NCBI RefSeq assembly: GCF_006345805.1
Contig: NC_043002.1
Location: 55,056,001-55,120,000, forward strand
DNA length: 64,000 nucleotides
Source: Octopus sinensis
Lineage: Eukaryota
Direction of reading: 5' to 3'
Positions 28,701 through 41,300 of the stretch are shown here, in pieces. Below the pieces are notes generated by a model. The model searched no databases. It was given only the letters and a program-made list of their open reading frames with translations, and was not told the origin of the DNA. The first letter of the stretch is position 1. Each line of letters begins with the position of its first letter. The position numbers and the translations under genes were made by a program.

Positions 28701-31700
28701 CGTTTGTTGATAACACAACATTTCGGTTGATATACCCTCCAGCCTTCATCAGGTGTCTTGAGGCTAATTTTGAACCTGGGTTCTCATTCCTATGGTATTT
28801 TTCAATGTTGTTGTTGTTCAGGTCACTGCCTGGAATCAAACTTGGAATCTTGGGGTTAGTAGCCTGTGCTCTTAACCACTATGCCATATGCCCATGGACA
28901 ATTATAAAGTGAATTTTTGGGCTTATAAATCTAATATTTTCCTATCCTTCCTTAATACTGGTTCCCATATGCTAACAACACAGAAGATGAGGACAAATAT
29001 CCGTCAAATGTAAACTGCTCTATCAGTTTTCAAAAAAATGGAATGACGCACTGAACAATGTAGTCTTACATATACATAGACATACAAAAAACATGGTTGT
29101 GGATGGTCATGGATGGAACATACTTAACCACAGTTACTTAAGAGCTAATCACAACTGATCATGCTCTGGGTCCATTGGAAGCTTGCATTTATGGAAAGTG
29201 TTTGTAGCCAGAACTGGCAGAATCTTTTGCACGCCGGGCAAAATGCTTAGCGGCATTTCGTCCGACTTCACCTTCTGAGTTGAAATTGGGCAGAAGTCGG
29301 CTTTGTCTTTCATCCTTTCAGAGTCGATTAAATAAGTACCAGTTATACACTGGAGTCGACTCACCTCCTCCCCTGGCCTTGTGCCAAAATGCTGGCCTTG
29401 TACCAAAATCATCATTATTATTATTAGTTCGTCCGTCGTTGTCGACGATGGCCAAGGAGAGGGATATCGCTTTGTTCGGAACCTCACTAAGAACTTCATC
29501 ACGAGTTACTTTTGCAAGGGAGGTAACTGTATATTTCTCGTGATAAAGTTTCGTTGGAGTTACGTACCTTGTTAATAAACCCTATCCGCGCTCAGAATTC
29601 CCAAATCGTTGAGTAAATCCATTCATTTAATCACACTTTGGCCCGTTAATCCCATTGAATTGAAGATATCATTGATCTTAGACTAAGGGGTCATGTTGGT
29701 AGTTTTTAAAAAATATATTCATGTGCATGGGTTTATCTTTTTGAAAGAATTGTGGTTCTTCAATGTACTTCTGATGTCTTTTTGTAGGAGAGAAACCATT
29801 CTCTTGCACCATCTGCACGCAGTCTTTTACAACGAACGGCAACATGCACCGACACATGCGCACCCACGAGAAAAAGAACGAGACAAAACGAAATTATTTA
29901 AAACTTAAACAGAAGGGACTCGGTTCTCGAGTCGGAGCTTATGCAGGGAAAAATGCCAGCAGTATCCCTTCTGCTGCGAAAATAAACGACTTGCATGGAG
30001 ACATTACGTCATTGTGGATAGATGTACATCCTGTAAATATAATCTCGCTTTTTTTTACCTCTTCCTCCTCCTTTTGTTCCTTCCTCATCCTGTTCCTCTT
30101 CCTCCTCTCCCCCTCCTGTCACTTCTGTCTATAATTGTTTTTGTCTTTGGAATGGTAGATTGTTAGAGAGTTGAAGAAAATCGCCTGGAATATTTGTCCT
30201 GGCTCCTTATATTCTGACTTTAAATTCTATTTGAGGTCAACTTTAGTTTCATCCTTCCAAGGTTGAAAATAGTAAAATAGCAGTTAATAACTGGGCTCTG
30301 TATAACCCATTAACCAGTTAAGAAACGGTGTCTGTAGAATCTGCTAATGTCTTCTGCTGAATTCCTAGCCTTGTGCCTCCGTTAGAAATCAGTGTGTATG
30401 CTTTTTCATGGAATAATCCAAGGAGGAAAAACAGCTTCTATGGTTTTTATGTCAAGACTCTAGCATCAGGGTGACAGAATTGGTGGAACACCAGTTGAAT
30501 TAATTTCCTGTCTTCACTTCCAGTTTGACCTCAAATTGACTCGAACCTTTTGTGTATCGGTGATGAATACACTCAATATCAATCAATCAATCATGAGTGT
30601 TAGTTTCATCAATCCTAACTTTTATTACTATGTCGTACCCAGGTTAGAAGTCATTAGAAATGCTAACCTTTTGTCCCTTGTCCACTGATTGAGGCAGGGC
30701 TGGCCCTTAGGTTGCTGGTGTCCAGGGTAAGCCGAACTTTAGTGTGTACAAATGGATGGTCATGGAAATTTCCATGTCTTTGCCACACTCTCCTTGGTGC
30801 CCCCTGGCGACTGCCTGAGTTGCCAAATACTCCAGAAGGTGCTTGAAAAATAAGAGGTGTTACCTTAGTTCACTGGTAGTGAACAGCTGACACTGTAGTA
30901 CATTTTCAGTGTTAGAAGCTGTGCAAAGGCAATAATAACAATAATAATTGTCTCATAATAATGGTTTAACTGTTTCAGCAGTTTGTTGGAATGGATTAGA
31001 TTGAAATCATTCTTCTAAATAATCCTGATAATCCAGCATTACTTTAGATCTTTACTTTCTCATATTAAAGTTTAATCAGTGAGGCTTTGAGCCCCTCAGA
31101 ATCTAAATTTGGTGTACTATAGAAAGTGTTATATATCTATAAATGAAAAACTACATTTTTGTGAGGATATTTCTGTTTTTGTATCTTTCTCTCTCAATGT
31201 TTCTTATGCCAAAAATTTCCTAATCTCTAAATCAAATGTTGACATTGTAGTTTTGGTTATAGAAGTAAGTCAGTGTTTATTTATTTATTTCAGAAGAAAA
31301 TAAAACCCAACTCACTAACTTCACCCACTAATTTAATTGTGCCATCAACTCAACCAACCCAAGATGCTCCACAGGATCTTTCCCAGAAGTCTAACACCTC
31401 ATTACTACAACATGATGATATCAAGAGAGAGGAATTTGGTGATCCTTATGAAAATTCTTCCCTTGAAATCACTAAAGTTGATTTTTCAACGACCAAATTT
31501 CCTTTGATGTGTGTTGCTCAAGACAAGAGAAGTATTTCCCGACAGAAAAGTTTCCAGCATAAATACAGCTGTACTCAGTGCTCAAGTACTTTCCCATGTC
31601 AGAAGGCACTGGACTTGCACTATCAAGACCATTTCCCAGACCAGCCAACCTCTTGCTCAACTTGTAAAGTCACCTTTAACTCTACAGAGGAGTTGAAACA

Positions 31701-33600
31701 ACATAGCCTCCATTATCATCAAGATCGAGGCAAAGAATGCCAGAGGGCGTTCATGAATTCTTTGAACCTCACTTCCTGTTCAGGAACTCGGTCTGTTTCT
31801 CCAAAATCTGAAATTAGTACAAGTGAAATTGCACCTGTAAATAAACGAAGCAATTCTGAAAGTCAGCTGTCAGGTTTGGAATCACCCAAAATTTCTTTTG
31901 AAGAAGCAACTTCTCTGAAAGATTTTGCAGAATCCAACTTGATGCCTGAAAAGACTAAGAATGATTCTAAAGATGGCCTCCCTACTAATGCACACCAAAG
32001 CAAGGCAGCAAGTTTGGCATCAAAGAAGAAGTCCAGCTATACTTGTACCTACTGCAATCAGATATTTCCTAATACAAGAGCTGCTAAAAGTAAGATAAAA
32101 CTTCATTTATTTTTTTCCTTCTTCTTTCTGTAGAATTTACCATTCGTGATTCAACAAAAAAGACTTTTATTCACTATTGTATTCTTTAATCTTTATTCAA
32201 AACATCCCTTTAAGTGATTTTTTTTTTTTGGTAAAAAAAATGTCCAAACTTTAATCTTCTCTTTACAATATTAACAAACAAATCACATACTTGACTAGAA
32301 ATGGTGCTGCTTATATTCAGGTTTTATATTTTCTGCCCTCTGTGTGTGTGTGTGTGTGTATACACATATATTATACAGTTCGATATTTAAGAGATGAGGA
32401 ATTATGTACATTATTTACATTTGACTGATATTTTTCCTCATCTTCTTTGTTGTTAACACAACGTTTTGGTTGATATACCCTCCAAGCCTTCATCAGGTGA
32501 CTTGGGGAAATTTTGAACTTGGGTTCTTATTCCTAAGGTACATTTTCCTTCTCGATGTTATAATAATAATATCATCGAAAAATATCTTAGGAATGAGAAC
32601 CCAGGTTTGAAAATTTTCCCAAGACACTTGATGAAGGCTGGAGGGCATATCAGCTGAAATGTTGTGTTAACAACAAACCAGATGAGGACAAATATCTGTC
32701 AAATGTAAATAATGTATACATATATTATATTGCCAAGTGGATGGTATCATTTGAAAGCTAAAAAGTGATGCAAAGTGCATTGTGACCAGTGATGTATAAC
32801 AACATTTGATAGTCTAGCCTGTCCTGTGGTATTGCCACTTCGAGGCTTGTGGATATAACACTGTCATCCAAGTATGTGATAAATATGTTGCTAATGTGAT
32901 AAATATATAAATATGCTATGAAATGTATTTATCAATTTTATACTTCTCAATATGCGTGTGTGGGGGTGAGAGAGAAAGAGAGAAGAGTGTGTGGCCATGT
33001 GTGTGTGTGTATGGCTACTCCTCATCTCTGCACGTGTGTGTGTGTGTGAGAGCCTGTGTAAATGTGTGTGTATACATATGCTTCACTAGATGTGTGTGCG
33101 TGTGTATTTAAGTGTTTTTTTTCCTTTTTGTGATTACTTCTAATTGTTAATCTCTGTTATTATTATTCTTCTTCTTCAATTCTTCAAACTAGTTGGATTT
33201 CTATGGAGAGGCTCTGGTTGAAGGAGCCACACAGGTAACCAAGGTGCACTGACCTTTCCTACTATGCAACAGAGTGAAAAACAGCCACTTCATTTCTCCT
33301 CTCTGCATTTCTTGCAAAATAACAACAACAACAACGATTTCAATAATACTTTTTTTCTCCTCTTCCTCGTCTCATGCTTTCACTTTTTCCTGTTGTGATT
33401 TCTGCAATGAAATCCCTGAATGTGTAGAGCCCCCCCCCCTTTTTTTTTATTTAACTTACATTGACAAAGATATATATGGCTGTGTATGTGTGTTTGCATG
33501 GGTATATATATATATATATATAATATATATTATATATATAATATGTATATACATATATATATATATACATATTATTATATAATATATACATATTATATAC

Positions 33601-33656
<56 letters not shown>

Positions 33657-33728
33657 CATTATATATATATACTAATATACATATATATATATATATACAT
33701 TATATATATATATATACTATATATATAC

Positions 33729-33786
<58 letters not shown>

Positions 33787-33944
33787 ATATATATACATAT
33801 ATATATAATATATTACATATAATATATATACATATTAATATATATATATATATACCTATATATTATATATAATATATATATATAGATCATTATATATATA
33901 TATATATACAATATATATTACACATATAGATACACTATATATAT

Positions 33945-33978
<34 letters not shown>

Positions 33979-34062
33979 CATATATTATATATATATAATA
34001 ATATATATATATATATTAATATATATATATACATATATATATAATAATATATATATATCATA

Positions 34063-34095
<33 letters not shown>

Positions 34096-34173
34096 CATAA
34101 TATATATATATATATATATATACATATATATCTATTATACATAATATATATATACTATATCTATATATTATAC

Positions 34174-34233
<60 letters not shown>

Positions 34234-34397
34234 CAGATATATATATATATACATATATTATATATATATATACCATAATATATATATACATATATACATA
34301 TATATATCATATATATATATACATATACATATAAATATATTACATTATATATAATATTATATATACATACATATATAATATATATACATATACATAT

Positions 34398-34430
<33 letters not shown>

Positions 34431-34657
34431 ATATATATACATATATATAATATAATTATTATATACCTATACTATATACTATCTATATATATATATACAT
34501 ATAATATATATAATACATATATATATATAATATATATCATATATATATATACATATACATATATATAATATATATAATTATATATATATACATATAATAT
34601 ATATATATATAACTATATATATATATATATATATATATAGATATATTATACATATAC

Positions 34658-34693
<36 letters not shown>

Positions 34694-34740
34694 TATACAT
34701 ATATATATATATATACAATAATATATATATATATATATTA

Positions 34741-34790
<50 letters not shown>

Positions 34791-34914
34791 CATATATATT
34801 ATATATATATATACATATATATTATTATATATATATATAATATAACATATTAAATATATATATATATACATATATATATATAATTAATATTATATATATA
34901 ATATATTATATATA

Positions 34915-34952
<38 letters not shown>

Positions 34953-35037
34953 ATATATATATATATAATATCATATAATATATATATACTATATATATAT
35001 ATATATATATATAACATATATATATATACATATATTA

Positions 35038-35087
<50 letters not shown>

Positions 35088-35174
35088 CATATATATTATA
35101 CTATATATATATAATATACATATATATATATACATATATATATATACATATAATATATATACATATAATATATA

Positions 35175-35221
<47 letters not shown>

Positions 35222-35347
35222 TTATATATTACATATATATATAACATACATATATATATATACATATATATATATACATATATATATTATAATATATATA
35301 TATACATATAATATATATACATATATATATATAACAATATCTATAAT

Positions 35348-35380
<33 letters not shown>

Positions 35381-38300
35381 ATATATATATATATACATAT
35401 ATTACATTATATATTACATATATATATCATATATTATATATTAATATATACATATATATATAATATATACATATATATAATATATATATATATATACATA
35501 TATTATTACATATAATATATATATATATATATACATATAATATATATATACATATATATATATATATACATATATATATTATACCTATATATATATACAT
35601 ATATATATATATATAGATATATATTATTAACATATACATATTATATATTATAATATAATATATATATATATATATATATAGTTTGCTTTTATGTTCAGTT
35701 GTAATAAAAACGATTTTACTTTAATTTGATGGGTTAGTGTTTGACTGTAACTTTGAAGTTTTGCCCAGTTAAGCCATCGTTGAACATTGGCTTAGCTGTC
35801 AATAATATTCTTCTTTAAGAATAGTAAACATACATAAAGATTTGAGCGATGTCGTTGCCAGTAACGCCTGACTGGCCCCCGTGCCGGTGGCACGTAAAAA
35901 GCACCCACTACACTCTCGGAGTGGTTGGCGTTAGGAAGGGCATCCAGCTAAACTCTGCCAAATCAAGATTGGAGCCTGGTGCAGCCATCTGGTTCACCAG
36001 CCCTCAGTCAAAATCGTCCAACCCATGCTAGCATGGAAAGCGGACGTTAAACGATGATGATGATGATATCTGTTGTTGCATGTTTGCATTCTTTGAAAGC
36101 TTCTGTAGATTTTGGGGTGATTTTCAGAAATTTAGCCAAAGAATAGCTTTTATTGTTTACATTACATTTAAATTGTTATAATTTCATCGTTTCTAAGATA
36201 CTCTGTGGCTGTAAGGAAGTCTAACGAAATATTGGTTGATTGGGGCAGTTGATTCTTGTAATAATTGTACAAACAATTCAAAACAAAGTGCATCAAAGAC
36301 TTTGTTGGAGTTCAATTTCTGGAAAGAATAAATGTCTGTCATGGAAGCAGTAGATGTTATTGCTGATTAATGTGACACAAACCAAACCAAATATGCAGCC
36401 TATGACTAGTAGCAAACCTGGGCACCAAACCATTAATCATTAATTAACGAAGTTAACATTTTCGTTAATGATTTAACTTTTAAGTTAACTTTGGAAATCA
36501 TTCTCGGACTAATTAACCTCCGTTAACTCAAGTCAACTTCAGTTAACTTCAATTGAATTGAAGTTAACGGATTTTATGGTTTTTACACTTTTTAAAGGTG
36601 ATTTTTTTTTTCTATAATAAAAATTAACGTTAATGGTTTACCGATAACTTCCGTTACATTTTTAAAGAATTAACTGATTAATGATTATTGAAGTTAACTT
36701 AGTTAATGGATTAATGGTTAACAAAGTTAACTTTTCTATTAATGGTGCTCACCTTTGACTATTAGTACAGACAATGATAATCAGTTTGAAATTTTGGCTC
36801 AAGGTCAACAAGTTTGGGTGGGGTGTGGGGGGAAGGTTGGTTACATTTACCCCAGTACACAACTGGTACTTCTTTTATTGATTCTGAAAAGGATGAAAGG
36901 CAAAGTTCATCTTGGTGGAATTTGAACTCGGAATGTAAAGCCAGAACAAATCCCTGTCTGGCATGCCAAGAATTCTTCTGCCAATTCACCATCTTAGTTC
37001 TAATATCAATATTGGATTGACATTTAGCCTAAAATGGTAAAAAATGGAAATTGATATTCCCAGAAGAAGTTTTAGAATAGTCATGTAAAAGTTGTTAAAT
37101 CTGCCCCCCCTCCTCTCTCATGGCTTATTTCACTCTCTGTTGTATAGGATGTGTCTGTACCACTTGGAATCATTTATCGATGTAGTCTTATATTGCCGTA
37201 GTTGTCATTTTATTGTCTTTTGTGTCGCATTTTTGATTTTTAAAAAATTTCAGATTGTATTTTATTATTTAATGTATTGCACACAAATAACTCCAATATA
37301 ATTTAGTACAGCATGACATTTTCAGAATCTCATTTAAACAAGTGTCTTAGATTCAAATTTGGTAGAATTATTAAAAAAAATTATTTTAGTAAATATATAA
37401 TCAAAATAGCCATCTAGGCATCATACTTAATGCATATTCACTGACGATTGGCCAGTTACTGCTGTATTTGTCTTGAGATAACATCTCTTATGGACAGGAT
37501 GGGTTAAAAATGACAATAGAAATATGAGAGATGAAAATCTGTCTCAACAATGTACATAGTGTGTATACATTAAGATTAATATGTAGATTGTTATTTTAAT
37601 CTATGTAAATGAATTAGTTTTGATTTTTAAAAAATGTGAGAATGTCTTCAATTTAGTTTTAAAACAGATGGTCATCATGATAATGATGATGCTGATTTAT
37701 GGGTTTGTGAAGAAAATGTATTTTATTTTATTTTTATTTTTCAATTTTAGAATTAGATTTGACTGGATCTATTAATCGGAACGTTCTAGAGAAGGGGGAG
37801 GGAAAGGGGGTGGTGGTTATTGACTTACATCAGCCCCAGTACTTGAGTGGTACTTTATTTCATTGACCTTGGTGGAATTTGAACTCAGAGCACAAAGACT
37901 GATGAAATACTGCCAAGCATTTTGTCCAGCATGATAACAATTCTGCCAGTTTCATCATCATCATCATCATCGTTTAACGTCCGTTTTCCATGCTAGCATG
38001 GGTTAGACGGTTCAACTGGGGTCTGGGAAGCCCGAAAGCTGCACCAGGCCAAATAATAACAATAATGATAATAATAACAATGACCATGATGATGATGATG
38101 ATGACTATAAGTGATGAGAAAGAGCCAAAGGTCAGTCAGTGGTTTGTGTTTGGAACCATTACTGTAGGTATTTTATCCAGGAGGATAAAAACTTCAGTTG
38201 ACTTAGATGGAATTTGAACTTGCAGCTATAATACATAAAATCCTTTACAATAAATGCCCAGTAATTAACCATCTTTTAGCTATTAATTAAAAGTGATATC

Positions 38301-41300
38301 AATTAAAAAATCCTGACAGATTGGCATGGTATATTTTGATATTTTGCATAAAAATGCTGCACCATCACATAGAATGTTTGCTGTCTTTGAAGTGGAATTT
38401 AATTTCAAAAACACATAATTTGCAACATGATTTATTTTATTCACTTTTTGTAAATTATTTTTTGCAGTTTGTTTCTTTTTTTGTTGTTGTTTAATGCTTT
38501 TTTTTTATATTTTTGTCTGCTCAGTCTATGACATTGCTGTAGTCGTTTGTTTTTTTATTGTATCTTTCACACTGCATGGTTTTTTTTTTAGTCTGGATGT
38601 CATTCACAAGAAAATAAAAAAAAAGTAAAAACACAAAAAACAAAAACAAAGTTTGTGGAAGGAAATAATGGCAAACAGGCATCAAATCAGCAATTTGTTG
38701 TTCTTTGAGAAAATAAGGAATTTTTTGGATTTGGCACTAAAACAATTCATGTGAGAGAAAAGTAAAATGAATTTGGGTCAAAATTTAGGAAATTCAGGCA
38801 TTTGTATTAGAAAGGAACCTGGAGAGAGAAAAAGGAAAGTTTTTGATAATCTTGATGAGATTTGCAGAGAAATAAGACTTGTCTGCAAGGAAATGCTGTG
38901 TTTGTGGTTGATCTGTGGAATCACAAGAGCATCTTGTGTATAAGTCATACTCAGGTATAACAATACTCGTTTGTACTAAAGGTACAAGGCCTGAAATTTG
39001 AGGGGAGAGGACTTGTTGATTGCATCGACTCCAGTACGCAACTGGTACTTAATTTATCGACCCCCGAAAGGATGGACGGTAGCCATCCTCAGTGGAATTT
39101 GAACTCAGAATGTAGCGGCAGATGAAATGCCGCTAAGCATTTCGTCCAGCATGCTAACGATTCTGCCAGCTTGCTGCCTTGATGATGATGATGATGATAA
39201 TAATAATAATGTACTTATTGTATACAGTGCTGCTCAGGTCACTACAACTCATTAGAAAAAGTAGCAAAAGTGCATGAAGAGTAGATGGAATAATGAACAG
39301 GAAGTGAGCAGTGAATTAATTGTTTAAAAAAACAAAAAGGAGGGTGAGACTTCAGGTATATTGTTGGCGGATTTCAGGAAGCAAGGAAGTTTTGAACACT
39401 GTAGTGTCTGAAAAGCTAACAACTGATGCGGATAGTTTATTCCATGCTTCAGCAATTCTGAGTATGAGAAAATGTTGCACCCTTAATTTAGTACTAAGTC
39501 TTAGTATAGATAAGGACACAGATCGTGTCGTATAGCCAGCTGGAGACGATGTCTACTGGAGTTAAATTACAGCAACATTCGTCCTAAACCAGGACTGCCA
39601 TGTTATGTTGGCAAACAATCTTTACTCCAAAGTACTGTTGCTGAATATCTCTCATAGTGAGATTTAAAAATAGTAATTTTCAGATTTTTCTCTCTTTATA
39701 TTCAAACTTGATATCAACATTGCCCTATGTATAAGTCACACCTCAGTTTTTTTTTTTTTCCTGTTAAAATAAAGTACAAACTCGAGTGACTTCTACACCA
39801 ATAGATATGGCACGTGAATTAAATCTGGTTTCCTAGTTCTACTTTTGGTTGGCTGGTTTCTCTGTCGTCCTCATATTTGTAGAAATAATGGAACCACTTT
39901 CAAGAATAGTTTAGTTGAAAATTGTGTTATTCTAAATTATTGCAATTATTTTAAATTTAAAATTATGAATTTTAAAACCTTATTGAAAATTACTGTTTGC
40001 CTTTAATTTCTAATGACACAGACTTTGTTTTTTGTTGTCTTTTCCCCATGTAATTAGTTGTGTCTGCCTCGATATTAGTGATAAAAAAACAAAAACAGCA
40101 ACACTGCACTTGTGACATTTTAATAAGATTGCTCATTGTATTTCTTGATGGAATGAATTTCTTTTTTAAACTTAAACTCTGAAATATTTTTTTGAATGGA
40201 AACATGTCTTGCATTAAAATTCCTTTTCTTTTCGCTTTATAATTAGTAACAACGACGACATTGTAGATTAATTATTTCAGTACGAGAAGATATTTTATTT
40301 TATTTTATTAAATTAAATTAATTTCCTTTATTGGATTAAATTTAAGTTCCTTTATTTTTATCTTCTACATTAACCATCAGTACTAAAGGGAGATAACTTT
40401 AATGCAAGAGTTACTTCCCTTATCATATACTTTGGATAATCCTGACGAAAACAGATTAACCTTATCTTACATTTTCTTATTAAGTATTTTTAGTTGATCT
40501 TGTTTCGCCAATTTAAGAATTTGTCGTGATAGCCTCCGGGGAGAACATTTAGATTAGAGTAATTTTATGACCACTAAAACTTACTCATAAAAATATATTG
40601 TCTTCAATCCATGATGATGATAATAATAATAACGATGATGATTCTTTTTCTTTTTTTTTTATAAAAGACCGTTTTCTAAATTCTCTGTGACTTACGTTTG
40701 TTTTAGGTCATGAAAGAAGTCATCTTGGTTTGTCTCCATACCAATGTAAATCTTGCAGCTACTCAAGTCCGGACAAAAGCACATTAATTCGACACATGAG
40801 GACCCACAATGGTGAGCGACCTTATCAGTGTAAACTCTGCAGCTATCCTTTCACCACGAAAGCCAACTGTGAACGACATGTCAAGTAAGCATGGCTTTCT
40901 TTCAAATAATTTAGGAGTGAAATGGGCAAAGAGGTTTGAATGGAGAAAGGGACAGCAAGATAAAGGAAAAGAGTGATTGAGAGAGGCAGGAAGGAGGGTT
41001 AGCGAGATAAAGGCATGTGAAGAGGGGGAAAGAGGGTGTAGGGAGTGCGGAATGAAACGAAAAACCAGATAAGTGAAACAGATAAACAGGTCAGGTGTGT
41101 TTGTGTGTGTGTGATGATGAGGGCTTTTGATAACGGTGAGTTCATTTGAATAACACGGTCAGGCCACTTATAATGAAAGAGCTGAGGGTGAGAGAGCCTT
41201 GAATGTCTGAATATTGAATCCATAAAAGGAAATCCAAAACATGGAACTCCTGTGTGATAAATGGAGATTTTAATCCTTACCTGGCTCTCACATATTCTCC

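Noticed and set aside
33486-35639. Y/I-rich ORFs
   Set aside because: Microsatellite artefacts.
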